A stretch of 64,000 nt of DNA. It comes from a virus. The DNA is taken from positions 6,995-70,994 of the IMG/VR virus record IMGVR_UViG_3300049002_000011, one strand, 5' to 3'. Numbering within the stretch: the stretch's first letter is position 1; each line of letters opens with the position of its first letter. A program made the position numbers and the translations under genes. The notes under the pieces were generated by a model, which was given only the letters and a program-made list of their open reading frames with translations, had not been told where the DNA came from and did no database searches. Positions 46,187 to 55,259 of this stretch are shown here, piece after piece.

Positions 46187-47776
46187 CTAGTTGAGTTTTG
46201 CGTTACGCGGTCCACCGATCGAGAGACGTCGACCGCCCTTTTGTCCGTTGCTCTCGCTTTCATCGCCGGACGTTGTCTGGAACACCTTACCCGTTGCGGC
46301 ATCGAGTAACTTGCCATGCGCTTCACGCCGTCGGCGTGCGATATCATCGGAAGCGGATTGCGCCACCGGAATGATGTATTGAGCAACCTGGTCCGGCGTT
46401 GTTCTGAGTTTCTTGGCGAGGTCCACGCACCGTTGAATTTCTGATCCGGTCCAGTCTTTGTCTGGTATCGTCGTCGCGTATTGTTCATCAAAGCCGTAAG
46501 CTTTCAGATACATGCGCCACGCCTCGCGACGCGCCTCCTTGTTCATCAGATCAAAGAAGAAAGTCGGCAACCCAAAGCGGCGTTTGAGTTCTGGCTTGAT
46601 GGGAGAGAATTCGTTGCACGTGGCAATGAACAAGACTCGTTGACCGCCCACCGCCTGAACGACCTTGAAAGCTTCGCGCGTGTAACGACCTGATTCGCCC
46701 ACCAACTTGTCCTGCATTTCGCCCATGTCGAAATAGATGGTCGGACAGCCAGCCTCGTTACCGATGGTTTTGGCCAGCAGTGTTTTCCCGGTACCCGGAT
46801 GCCCGTAAAGAATCGATCCGGTCCAATTGTTATCCTGCATTTGCGTAAGAATCACCCCGAGCTGATCGTTCGCTGTTCCGGACGTATCACCGAGGCCTCC
46901 GACAATGCCGGTCTTATCGAGCTCGTCAATGAATACAACCAACGCCGGCGGCTCATCACCAGCGATGTACGCACGAAAGAAATCTACAGCGCCGTCGATC
47001 CCGCGCGTATCCTTAAAGGTCTGTCCTTCACGCCAAACAGTCAGACCGCGGTTCTGCTCGATCATCTGACGCTTGCGCTCCCAAAGAGCCTTCATGTTTA
47101 TAAACGCGCGGTCCTGCTCATCGAGCTCGAGCGCCATCGATATCACTTGTTCAGCGGAGAACGCGGCGAGACCTCGCAACGCGTCAACGATTTTTGGCGT
47201 ACAGGTGAGATTCGCGGCGACCGCATCATCGGAAGAAACGAGCGTGTCGGTCACGATGCCCTCTAACTGCGCGTCATCTGGTCTCGGCTCTTGAAGCAAG
47301 AAAACATCGTTCGCTACTTCCGGCGGCAGGGTAATACTGGAGCCCAGCAGCACCAGCGTGCGACCGTCCTGTTTGAACTGATCGCGCAGGTTTGCTATCG
47401 CCTGCACAAATCCGTTTGGTCCTTCCGTGTTGCCGGTCCAGTAACGAGGCGCGTTGTGAATGAACAAGATGCTGGTTTCTGGTAACTGCGGCGCCAGCAT
47501 GAGAGACTCAACCGGATTCCCGGTAACCGATTTGATGTCCGCTTTCAGCTCGGCGCTTAGCTGGAGCAACACTTTCTCTCCCACTGCATTCACGCTCTGC
47601 CAGCCGTTACATACATCCCAGGCAATCATCGGAGCCGCGTCGCCCGTTTGAACATCATCGACAGGCACGCTCTTGATCGTAGTAATCGTCGCCCACGGAT
47701 CCGGCGTCTCAATTCCCACAAGTGGCGTCGACGTTTGTCGCGCTATCGCGAATTGTTCAAGCATTTTCGTCATCAT
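46187..47776 (-). CDS. Ycf46-like AAA ATPase (degenerate N-terminal ATPase domain plus rearranged AAA core)
   Basis: TPLVGIETPD, LRGL, RKRQMIEQ..GL, VVFIDELDK, GHPGTGKTLLAK, KLVGES, IATCN, PELKRRF, WTGSEI. Confidence 0.75.
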   Translation of the reverse strand: MMTKMLEQFAIARQTSTPLVGIETPDPWATITTIKSVPVDDVQTGDAAPMIAWDVCNGWQSVNAVGEKVLLQLSAELKADIKSVTGNPVESLMLAPQLPETSILFIHNAPRYWTGNTEGPNGFVQAIANLRDQFKQDGRTLVLLGSSITLPPEVANDVFLLQEPRPDDAQLEGIVTDTLVSSDDAVAANLTCTPKIVDALRGLAAFSAEQVISMALELDEQDRAFINMKALWERKRQMIEQNRGLTVWREGQTFKDTRGIDGAVDFFRAYIAGDEPPALVVFIDELDKTGIVGGLGDTSGTANDQLGVILTQMQDNNWTGSILYGHPGTGKTLLAKTIGNEAGCPTIYFDMGEMQDKLVGESGRYTREAFKVVQAVGGQRVLFIATCNEFSPIKPELKRRFGLPTFFFDLMNKEARREAWRMYLKAYGFDEQYATTIPDKDWTGSEIQRCVDLAKKLRTTPDQVAQYIIPVAQSASDDIARRRREAHGKLLDAATGKVFQTTSGDESESNGQKGGRRLSIGGPRNAKLN

Positions 47777-47812
47777 TTAAGTTTTCTCCTTTTGGTTTGG
47801 ATTTGTTGGAAA

Positions 47813-48256
47813 TCAGGCTCGACATTGAAGTTCGGCTTTGTGCGCTTCGTCACGCGGCTCGACGTGATACGACCCGCATGGTTCGCACCACGGCATATCG
47901 CGCGGACCGTAAGCTCTCGCGGCGGCGCGCTCGTCGATCAATTTCACCATCCGATCATCCGTCAGCTTCGTCATTTGCGCGTCGAAGAGCTGAGCCACGA
48001 GATCGTGATCGTCAAGGTGCCCGATCAGTTCGACGCGCATGTCGTTGCTCGGATAGTAGACGTCTCGGCCCCAGAGATTGCCACTGGCGGCAATCAGCAA
48101 GTCAAAATCGCCAACGTAAAAAATCCTGGTGGCTTTCAACAGCAGCCGGTAATCGCGCTCGTGTGTGGTCCGGAACAGCGAGCCGACCGGAATACTTTTA
48201 AAAGTCGGACGTGGCAACGCGAGCATTGGTCTGTCACGATTTGCGTCGTTTTTCAT
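47813..48256 (-). CDS. hypothetical protein
   Basis: 147 aa, C-terminal WCEPCGSYH. Confidence 0.5.
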   Translation of the reverse strand: MKNDANRDRPMLALPRPTFKSIPVGSLFRTTHERDYRLLLKATRIFYVGDFDLLIAASGNLWGRDVYYPSNDMRVELIGHLDDHDLVAQLFDAQMTKLTDDRMVKLIDERAAARAYGPRDMPWCEPCGSYHVEPRDEAHKAELQCRA

Positions 48257-48548
48257 TCTTCTCCCTTCGTTTTTGTGCTAAGGCCCTAAATTCATGCGCA
48301 GCGTTTCGCGCAATTTCCGAGGCCGGCAAGTTGAGTCCGAGTCGCCGCGCTTCGACCATCGCGCATTGAATGAAGATTGAGAGCGTCACGCCGCCCGTAT
48401 GGTCGACGAGATGCCAACGGCCGCTGGCGGGAAAACGCCGCGGCTTCTTCAGCCCGGCGAGCTCGCGCTCAGCGATCGCTCTCTCTGCTTCCCAACGTGT
48501 GGAAAAGGTATCAGGGAACGCTTTCACAGCGTCGAACGTTTTGGCCAT
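48234..48548 (-). CDS. hypothetical protein
   Basis: GGAGCAAACG RBS. Confidence 0.55.
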   Translation of the reverse strand: MAKTFDAVKAFPDTFSTRWEAERAIAERELAGLKKPRRFPASGRWHLVDHTGGVTLSIFIQCAMVEARRLGLNLPASEIARNAAHEFRALAQKRREKNEKRRKS

Positions 48549-48575
48549 GTCGTTTGCTCCGCATCCTCTTTTCTC

Positions 48576-48713
48576 TTACCGCGTTGCTTTCGCCGCAGTC
48601 GCGAACGTTCGCTCGACGCTTGAATAGATCGAGACTCCCAGGCGCTGCATGGTCCAGACAACCAGCACCAGCACCAGCACCACGGATACGATATAAGTCA
48701 ACAAGTCTTTCAC
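48576..48713 (-). CDS. 45-aa single-TM peptide, Flp-pilin-like
   Basis: MKDLLTYIVSVVLVLVLVVWTMQRLGVSIYSSVERTFATAAKATR; AAGGAG RBS; not in the ORF track. Confidence 0.55.
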   Translation of the reverse strand: MKDLLTYIVSVVLVLVLVVWTMQRLGVSIYSSVERTFATAAKATR

Positions 48714-48880
48714 TGCTCTATCTCCTTTTCATCGTCTTGCTTTGGGGCGCGTGTTACGAGGTATTGCTCTACGTCTGCTCGCGTGTATCCACCGCGCTTG
48801 TCGAAGGTCGCGACCACGGCGAGCTCGCCTTCACCGTCAACCACTTGCCAGCCGTTTTCTGTTTCAGTGATTTTACTCAT
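48710..48880 (-). CDS. 56-aa hypothetical protein
   Basis: MSKITETENGWQVVDGEG...; coupled to neighbours. Confidence 0.5.
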   Translation of the reverse strand: MSKITETENGWQVVDGEGELAVVATFDKRGGYTRADVEQYLVTRAPKQDDEKEIEQ

Positions 48881-49076
48881 GTTCTTTTGGACCTCCCTTC
48901 TGGCGACGACGGTGATTTAAGCCGATATCAAGACGAGGATGCCCGTAGTATGTGAGCGACGGGAACATTCTGTAGATGTCAACGGGCGGCTCATAGTCGT
49001 CGAGCGATTCGTCGTCGTCTGCGTCTGGAACTTCCGGCAAGCCGGTTAGTTGTTTCTCAGTTACTGTCTTTGTCAT
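48873..49076 (-). CDS. hypothetical protein
   Basis: GGAGCAAACG RBS. Confidence 0.5.
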   Translation of the reverse strand: MTKTVTEKQLTGLPEVPDADDDESLDDYEPPVDIYRMFPSLTYYGHPRLDIGLNHRRRQKGGPKEHE

Positions 49077-49261
49077 TTGTCGTTTGCTCCTTGATACAGA
49101 TTGAAGAGACGCGCGTGTTCAGACGTTCGATTTCGATAGCGGATGATCGGGCGGTTGGCCGTGCGTGGCGATTGCGGCGGTTTGTTGCGGGAAATAGGTG
49201 AAGAGGATCGGACATCTTTTGACGTTTCGCGTCTGCGTTTCGTCGTTTTTTGGACGCGTAA

Positions 49262-49291
49262 ATCATTGCACGACGCAACGACTTGTGTCAA
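49262..49291 (-). promoter_or_regulatory. putative sigma70 promoter with operator in the spacer
   Basis: TTGACA-N18-AATGAT (TG extended); TTGC-N5-GCAA palindrome overlaps spacer. Confidence 0.5.
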
Positions 49292-49405
49292 CTAATACAA
49301 TTGCACCACGCGATTCTTCCTTATTTCCTCGCAAAAGACGCAGAAACGACGCGAGATCCTCGTGGGTCGCGCGTCGTTCCGGTGTCAGAGAATTAGGGTT
49401 TTAGA

Positions 49406-49699
49406 TTAGACGGACAATGTCTCTTGTGCCGGGTCATTCCAGCGCTCTAAAACCAGACCGAGGTAGTGCTCGTTGCAGTCGAGTTGCTCGACCCCTCCGG
49501 TCGTAACCATTGTGCCCGCCGGATTCGTCTCTGCCACCTCAAAGCGGCCGGCGTTGAACGATTTGACGATGTAGTTCTTATCGCCGTCTGTGATCCGAAT
49601 CGGATTGTCTTTCAGACGCTTGTTAAGCGTGGTTTCCAGCGTCTGCGCGATTTGTTGTTGATTTGGGCCAGCACTTGTGGCCGCTGCTGATTGCGTCAT
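49406..49699 (-). CDS. hypothetical protein
   Basis: 97 aa, AAGGAG RBS. Confidence 0.55.
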   Translation of the reverse strand: MTQSAAATSAGPNQQQIAQTLETTLNKRLKDNPIRITDGDKNYIVKSFNAGRFEVAETNPAGTMVTTGGVEQLDCNEHYLGLVLERWNDPAQETLSV

Positions 49700-49807
49700 A
49701 GACGTTTCGCACTCCTTCTAAATCGAAAGGGTTATAAGGGAACCGCGGGTTGGGACCACGATTCTGTTGAACGTTGCGCGGCGAAGGATAGCACGGCGCG
49801 GCCGACT

Positions 49808-50041
49808 TTACGATGAGGAAGTTTCGCTGCCGTTGAAAGCGAGTACAGAGTCGAAGGCGAGAATCATTTCGGCTTCTGATCCGGATTGAAGTGTGCGCCA
49901 CAGTTCAGGGAGATCTCCCGAGTCGGTCACTACCAGGTCCGCATCGGTTTTATTGTCATGGTAGAAAACTGCCAGCGTGCGGCCGTCTGCGAGACGCCGG
50001 CGAGTCACTACGAGATCAGGGTCAGGACCACACTGAAACAT
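49808..50041 (-). CDS. hypothetical protein
   Basis: 77 aa coupled ORF. Confidence 0.45.
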   Translation of the reverse strand: MFQCGPDPDLVVTRRRLADGRTLAVFYHDNKTDADLVVTDSGDLPELWRTLQSGSEAEMILAFDSVLAFNGSETSSS

Positions 50042-50341
50042 TTAACGCACTCCAGCAGCTCGTTTTGCAGCGCCGCCATAGCGCAGCCGTCTGGGAATTT
50101 TGACGCCGAGCTCGTCAACGATCTGGACCAATGCACGGCGCATCATTAGCGGGTGCTTAATGTTGCTGCCCTTTTGTTCCATGCGCCACACACTCGAAGG
50201 ATCCAACCCTAACGCGTTGGCGAGCCGAGTGCGCCCTTGAACAGCGCGGCCAGGTCCTCGGCGAGTGGTCTCACTGTCGGCGTTATCCGGAAAGATGAGC
50301 TCGCGGAATTCGGCCAGCTCCTCCGGCGTGACTGGCGCCAT
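50042..50341 (-). CDS. XRE-type helix-turn-helix protein
   Basis: TPEELAEFR...RTRLANALGLDPSSVWRMEQ. Confidence 0.65.
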   Translation of the reverse strand: MAPVTPEELAEFRELIFPDNADSETTRRGPGRAVQGRTRLANALGLDPSSVWRMEQKGSNIKHPLMMRRALVQIVDELGVKIPRRLRYGGAAKRAAGVR

Positions 50342-50358
50342 TAGCAAAAGGTTCGTGC

Positions 50359-50634
50359 TCAAAACGGGATCTCCTTTTCTTCCTTCACAAATTGTCCGGC
50401 GCGGACTTTGATTTGAACGAAACGACGATTGCCGAGCTCCGGGAAGAGATGCCGATCGGCGGGCGTAATCAGTAAGTGCAGACCGTGATCGCCTTCGTCG
50501 GGAACGATGTTGTCCTGGACTGCCTGTTGCCACAGGTAAGGAATGTAAATGCTTTGACCGTACCATTCGCTCTCGAGCGTGATACGTCCATCCTCATCCG
50601 GGAAATACTTATCATCCCACTCAGACCTCAACAT
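50359..50634 (-). CDS. hypothetical protein
   Basis: 91 aa acidic ORF. Confidence 0.5.
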   Translation of the reverse strand: MLRSEWDDKYFPDEDGRITLESEWYGQSIYIPYLWQQAVQDNIVPDEGDHGLHLLITPADRHLFPELGNRRFVQIKVRAGQFVKEEKEIPF

Positions 50635-50799
50635 TGCTGTCTACCTTACCAGATTCGTCAATGGGCTGTATCGCCAACACGTAAGGGCAATCGCCCGAAT
50701 GCTGGTCCAGCTTGTAATTGCCCGGAGACGGCTGTGGGCCGCCGCAATTACAGTTGGCAGCCCACAGGTCGGTAGTTGCTCTTATCGCTGACGTGTCGA

Positions 50800-52596
50800 T
50801 CATTTCCTTAATCGTTTGGCCTTCTTCGAAGCGGCCTTAGAGACGCCACGCACCGCGCGTTTAGCTGGCTTCTTGCTCTTGGTCGCCTTCTTAACTGGCA
50901 GCGTTGGCTTTGCTTCGTCGATGTAAATTGACGGCACCGCCGGACGCTTACCTTCTCGCACCTGTTCGAGATACGTTTGATGGATCGCCCGAGCCTTGCG
51001 CGCGCAGAGCTCGACGCGTGTTTCCGCGTCACGCAGCAGATAATCAATTCTCAACTCTTTGCTGATCGAAACGAATTCCGATTGATCCACGGTGCGAGCC
51101 ATGTACTCATTCCAACCAACCGGCACGAGTGTCAGCAACATGAGCAGTTGAGCCACCTCGTCGTCTCGCATCTTCCCGATCATCTTCAGAGCCTCGGACG
51201 TGTCGCGTTGGTAGCCAGTGAAGCTGTCGGGCAGTTCCTTGTCGTCACCGCGTCCTAACACTTCGTTGACGATCGACACGAGCTTTGTTGGCGTCCGGCC
51301 GAGCAGCTCAACTGCCACGGCGTTAAGCCAACGACGGTTCAAAGGCCATTTCACTTTCGCCAAAGCTTCTTTGAGAATTCGCTGGCGCGTTGTCTCTGCG
51401 ACTCTGAGGTTGAAAAGCTCCTGTCGTCGTTCACGAAACTCTGCGGTGCTTTTGTTTTTCTTTGAGGGCGAGCTCGACGATGACGAAACAGAAACGGCGC
51501 CCATGTGGTCTTTGCACTTCTTCGACGCACAAACCATGATTGAGCGGCCAAACTTCTCGCCGTCTGTCGCGATCGCGGTCTTCGCGTGTTCGCATTTATG
51601 CTTACCCTCGACGATACGATAATCGCCGGTTGTCAGCGTTCCCGGAGGATGTTCTTTGGGGTCGCTTAGGTATTGGAGCGTCGACACGAACAGGACCTCG
51701 CTGCCCGTTTTTGTTCGCGCCTCGTCTGCCTGGCGCGTAATGTATTGTCGCTGCTTCTGCATGAAGCCAACGCGATTCGTGCAAAGGTTCTCGTCTTTCA
51801 CGTCCGGAAACAGGGATGGAGTTGTGCCGGTGCGATATTGGCACGTCATGCACGCGCCTAAACCCAGCGTCTCGTCTTTCAGATCCCACGGCACTTTACT
51901 GAGGTCCATGACACTGAATCGATCGATCCATTCCTCGAGCTGACGCACGGAGCGCGGTCTGGTTTTATCGGGCTTGCTGCCCTCGGGCGTCCATCTCGAC
52001 TCAAAACAGCCCTTGTTCAACGCTTCCAATTGCGTTTCAGGTCCAATGCGCGCGATAGCCAGCGCGTGCCCTAATGTTATGTCGCCGGCGAGAAAAGCTT
52101 CTTTGACCGGGTTGACTAAGTTGTTCAGAGACATACACCGCGTTACATAGTCGTGACTCTTGCCCACCCGCCGCGCGATTTCTGCGTCGGATAAGCGCGG
52201 ATCAACCTGGACCATGCGGCCGTAATAGTCACCCTCGTCGATCGGGTGAAGATTCTCGCGTTGCACGTTCTCGGTTATTTGCGCCAGGCTCGCTTCGACG
52301 TCATCCAGCTTCTTGATCATCGCCGGAATTTCTTTGCGACCAGCTTCCTGCGACGCGAGCCAACGTCGTTCACCGAAGACGAGCTCATACATGCCTTTGT
52401 ACTTGGCTTCGTTCTCGATCGGGCGCACCAGGATCGGTTCGAGTACTCCGCGTTCTCTTACGCTCGCAACCAGTCCATCGAGTGGCCCACGATTCTTTTT
52501 GGAGCGCGCCTGTCGAAAGCGCGCGGGGATGATCGATTTTACGGGCAGTTGGACTATGTCCGTGTTACCCGACACTACGGGCTTTACCGTTGCCAT
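50800..52596 (-). CDS. parB: ParB/Spo0J family partition protein with long C-terminal extension
   Basis: SVRERGVLEPILVRP, YELVFGERRWLAS (CTP-binding Arg patch), ENVQRENLHPIDE, HTH AEIARRVGKS. Confidence 0.9.
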   Translation of the reverse strand: MATVKPVVSGNTDIVQLPVKSIIPARFRQARSKKNRGPLDGLVASVRERGVLEPILVRPIENEAKYKGMYELVFGERRWLASQEAGRKEIPAMIKKLDDVEASLAQITENVQRENLHPIDEGDYYGRMVQVDPRLSDAEIARRVGKSHDYVTRCMSLNNLVNPVKEAFLAGDITLGHALAIARIGPETQLEALNKGCFESRWTPEGSKPDKTRPRSVRQLEEWIDRFSVMDLSKVPWDLKDETLGLGACMTCQYRTGTTPSLFPDVKDENLCTNRVGFMQKQRQYITRQADEARTKTGSEVLFVSTLQYLSDPKEHPPGTLTTGDYRIVEGKHKCEHAKTAIATDGEKFGRSIMVCASKKCKDHMGAVSVSSSSSSPSKKNKSTAEFRERRQELFNLRVAETTRQRILKEALAKVKWPLNRRWLNAVAVELLGRTPTKLVSIVNEVLGRGDDKELPDSFTGYQRDTSEALKMIGKMRDDEVAQLLMLLTLVPVGWNEYMARTVDQSEFVSISKELRIDYLLRDAETRVELCARKARAIHQTYLEQVREGKRPAVPSIYIDEAKPTLPVKKATKSKKPAKRAVRGVSKAASKKAKRLRK

Positions 52597-52662
52597 GATT
52601 TGTCGTTTGCTCCTTTTTGATTTTGATTAAGACACTCACCGCGTACTGATCGCGTTTCGTCT

Positions 52663-53190
52663 CTATGCGGCCGTCACGGTCGATTTCGACGTCGATGAAG
52701 GCGTACTTCTTTTGCGCGTCGACCGCGACGACTTTGCCTCGGTAATTGCAGTAACGGACTTGGACGTCGTCGCCGGCTTTGATTTCGTCGTCTTCGTTCT
52801 GGTCCGTTCCTTCGTAGGGTTTGCGGGCTTCTCCGGAGTCGGCAGACGCTTCGCAAAACCTTCTTCTTTCGCGACCTGGTGAAACACGCTTTGAATTGCG
52901 TCTGATACTGATTGCCCGTTGGCGACCAGACTACAAAGTTTGGCGCGCAATCGTGAACGTTTTGCGGCCGCGCTGTGATGCTGTTCAGCCCACGAACCTT
53001 TCGGGATAGCGGCTTTATCACTCTCTTTGGCGCGTTCTTCGAGCCAGTGTGCATGACTCGAGTAAGCGTCGGCTGCCGCCAGGCCTTTGTATTGAGGCAG
53101 ATTCGGAACCGATTTCAGAAACACAAAAACATCGTCGAGCGTGTTCTTTGATTCTTCGTCTGTACCGTTTTTCTGATTTTTGGTTGTCAT
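52663..53190 (-). CDS. hypothetical protein, Ser/Thr/Lys-rich tail
   Basis: GGAGCAAACG RBS. Confidence 0.6.
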   Translation of the reverse strand: MTTKNQKNGTDEESKNTLDDVFVFLKSVPNLPQYKGLAAADAYSSHAHWLEERAKESDKAAIPKGSWAEQHHSAAAKRSRLRAKLCSLVANGQSVSDAIQSVFHQVAKEEGFAKRLPTPEKPANPTKERTRTKTTKSKPATTSKSVTAITEAKSSRSTRKRSTPSSTSKSTVTAA

Positions 53191-53229
53191 TGTCGTCGTT
53201 TGCTCCTTCTAGCTTTTTGCCGGATGGTC

Positions 53230-53994
53230 CTATCCGGATTTTTTGGTTGCTTGTTTCAGCATCTCCCGGACCTCGTCTGCCGAAGCCCGATCTGATTCTG
53301 CGGGCGCCTTTAATTCTTGGCGTTGTTGGAAACGCGCTTGTTCAGAGCGCATCTTGGCGGCAAAGTACTCACGAATGTCTTCGTCCCAATCTCCGTTTTT
53401 GGATTTGAAGATCCACCCCTTGCCGAGTTTGGGAGTTTGAGCACTTGCGTATTCAACTCTTTGCTCCCTGGAAAACTCGGAGAGACACACACGCTCTGTT
53501 GTTTGTATGTGTGTGTGTGTGTTTTTAAAACTAATATTAGGACTCGCGCTTCCGGAGTTAAATTTCTTAACTGCGGCATGGTTTAAATTTTTTACTTCGA
53601 GTGCAGTTAAATTCTTTGACTCCGAATCGTGCAGGTCCTGAACGTTGAGCGGCAATGCGCGCTGTTTTTCGGGCTCTGTTTTGGAGGGAAGGACTCTGAG
53701 GTTCTGAGTCTTCAGTAAGCGGTAGCGGTAGGCCTCACGTGACGCGCCGCGGCGTCTCCCGATACACCCGCGACCCACCAAATTATCGAGCGCGGTTATC
53801 ACTGTCGGACGCGTCATGCCGGTCAGTTCCATCCACTCCTCGATTTTCAATTGGACTTCTTCACGCTGCCAGCCAGCGGTTTGATCAATCAGTGCAACTA
53901 CGCATTTGGTTTCGGCTCCACCTAGGACGGGAAGCCAAGTACGGGCAAAGACATCGGGCATCTTTGAAAACCCGTTGTCTCTCATGCACGACAC
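53230..53994 (-). CDS. replication initiator (lambda O-like winged HTH)
   Basis: GFSKMPD...QTAGWQ...MELTGMTRPTVITALDNLVGRG; internal AT-rich iterons. Confidence 0.75.
   Translation of the reverse strand: MSCMRDNGFSKMPDVFARTWLPVLGGAETKCVVALIDQTAGWQREEVQLKIEEWMELTGMTRPTVITALDNLVGRGCIGRRRGASREAYRYRLLKTQNLRVLPSKTEPEKQRALPLNVQDLHDSESKNLTALEVKNLNHAAVKKFNSGSASPNISFKNTHTHIQTTERVCLSEFSREQRVEYASAQTPKLGKGWIFKSKNGDWDEDIREYFAAKMRSEQARFQQRQELKAPAESDRASADEVREMLKQATKKSG
53505..53621. repeat. putative replication origin: three iterons plus AT-rich tract inside the initiator gene
   Basis: GTTAAATTTCTTAACT, GTTTAAATTTTTTACT, GTTAAATTCTTTGACT at ~24-25 bp spacing next to TTTTTAAAACTAATATTAG. Confidence 0.6.
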
Positions 53995-54052
53995 CTCGAA
54001 GGAGATGATCGGGGAAACTTAGTGGTCGCTGTCGTTTGCTCCGTCCGGATTG

Positions 54053-54295
54053 TCATGCGGCCTTTGGTTCCTCTCGCAAATCTCTAAGAGCTAGAACTTG
54101 CGAACGAAGAACCATTGGAGGGCCACCGCCAACGCGGTAAAAGTCAAGCCGTTTCCGGCGAATAAGCTGAGAAACTGCCGAACGCGTGGTCTTACGTAGC
54201 CGCGCAGCTTCCGCCTGTGTGATCAAGTCGTTGATGTTGATTTCGCGAATCCCGCTAGTCGATTTACTATCGGATTCGCGTTTACCTTTTTTCAT
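54053..54295 (-). CDS. small HTH DNA-binding protein (Cro/excisionase-like)
   Basis: DLITQAEAARLRKTTRSAVSQLIRRKRL; first gene of the leftward operon. Confidence 0.75.
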   Translation of the reverse strand: MKKGKRESDSKSTSGIREININDLITQAEAARLRKTTRSAVSQLIRRKRLDFYRVGGGPPMVLRSQVLALRDLREEPKAA

Positions 54296-54420
54296 CGGAA
54301 AATCACGTCTCCTAAAGATTTTCGTTGCGCGAAGCAACGATGCAATGTCAGAATGCATTGCGGATATTAACATGATTAAGATTTCCCGTTTCGGAAAAAC
54401 AAACGCTGGAGAGAGAAGTC
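54296..54420. promoter_or_regulatory. divergent control region
   Basis: Strand switch; AT-rich; palindromes CGTTGC-N5-GCAACG and GCAATG-N8-CATTGC. Confidence 0.7.
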
Positions 54421-54777
54421 ATGTACAAACTGGATGCCAATGAATTGATCCGCGCGCGCGCGCGATCTGATCAATTACTGCAAAGAAGTGGACGCGGGCC
54501 GATTACGGTTCCGTTGGGACGCGATTCGGATGACCTGTTCAATTACCTCGTGGTGACGGTCAAACCGAATCAAACTCATTCGGAACACGTGGCCAAGTTT
54601 GGCGTTGCGGGCGGTGATGAAAAATATGAAATCGCTGGTTGCACCTGCAATGCCGGCGAACACGATAATCACTGCCGACACGTCGCAGACGCCTACCCGG
54701 TCCACCGTACCTTTATCCTCATTGAGAACATCGATGACGTGTACCGAATGGTTCTCGGTGAAAGGAGCAAACGTTGA
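54421..54777 (+). CDS. SWIM zinc-finger protein
   Basis: CTC...CRHV (CxC-Xn-CxH). Confidence 0.65.
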   Translation: MYKLDANELIRARARSDQLLQRSGRGPITVPLGRDSDDLFNYLVVTVKPNQTHSEHVAKFGVAGGDEKYEIAGCTCNAGEHDNHCRHVADAYPVHRTFILIENIDDVYRMVLGERSKR

Positions 54778-55259
54778 CTACACCAAACCAACAATCGCAA
54801 GAAGGTCTGGAAGTTATATTTGCACGCGCATTCGCTGAACAGGCCGCCATTCCGCTACTACGGGCAGTGACGCAATTCATTGCCAACAGTCCCGTGAGTT
54901 TCGAGGGCGAAGGCCCTGATAACGATGTCCGTGAGAGATTTGTAGAAGGTCTCGGTCTGATTCAATCCGCAATCGAGAGCGCTCTTGGACAACCCCGACC
55001 GGAGGCTTCTCTTCGGTTTCTCTTGGCGGACGAAAACGACGAAAAGAACGTGATCGAACTGCGCGTTGCCGGTGAAAAGACCTGGCTGACGGAAGTGTTG
55101 CCGGCTTCGCTCATAATGTTGCGTCATGCCGCAAACATGGGCATCACCAACGCAAAATCAGCTTACGAAGAACTCATGGCCGCACAGGTCTCTGTGATTA
55201 AAGGTGAGTCGTACTTGGGAGAGACGGTGAGACTCCTTCGAAGGGAGCCCAGCGCATGA
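54774..55259 (+). CDS. hypothetical protein
   Basis: TTG start after GGAGCAAACG. Confidence 0.6.
   Translation: MTTPNQQSQEGLEVIFARAFAEQAAIPLLRAVTQFIANSPVSFEGEGPDNDVRERFVEGLGLIQSAIESALGQPRPEASLRFLLADENDEKNVIELRVAGEKTWLTEVLPASLIMLRHAANMGITNAKSAYEELMAAQVSVIKGESYLGETVRLLRREPSA

Noticed and set aside
48661-48680. (ACCAGC)n microsatellite
   Set aside because: Simply encodes VLVLVL in the 45-aa TM peptide
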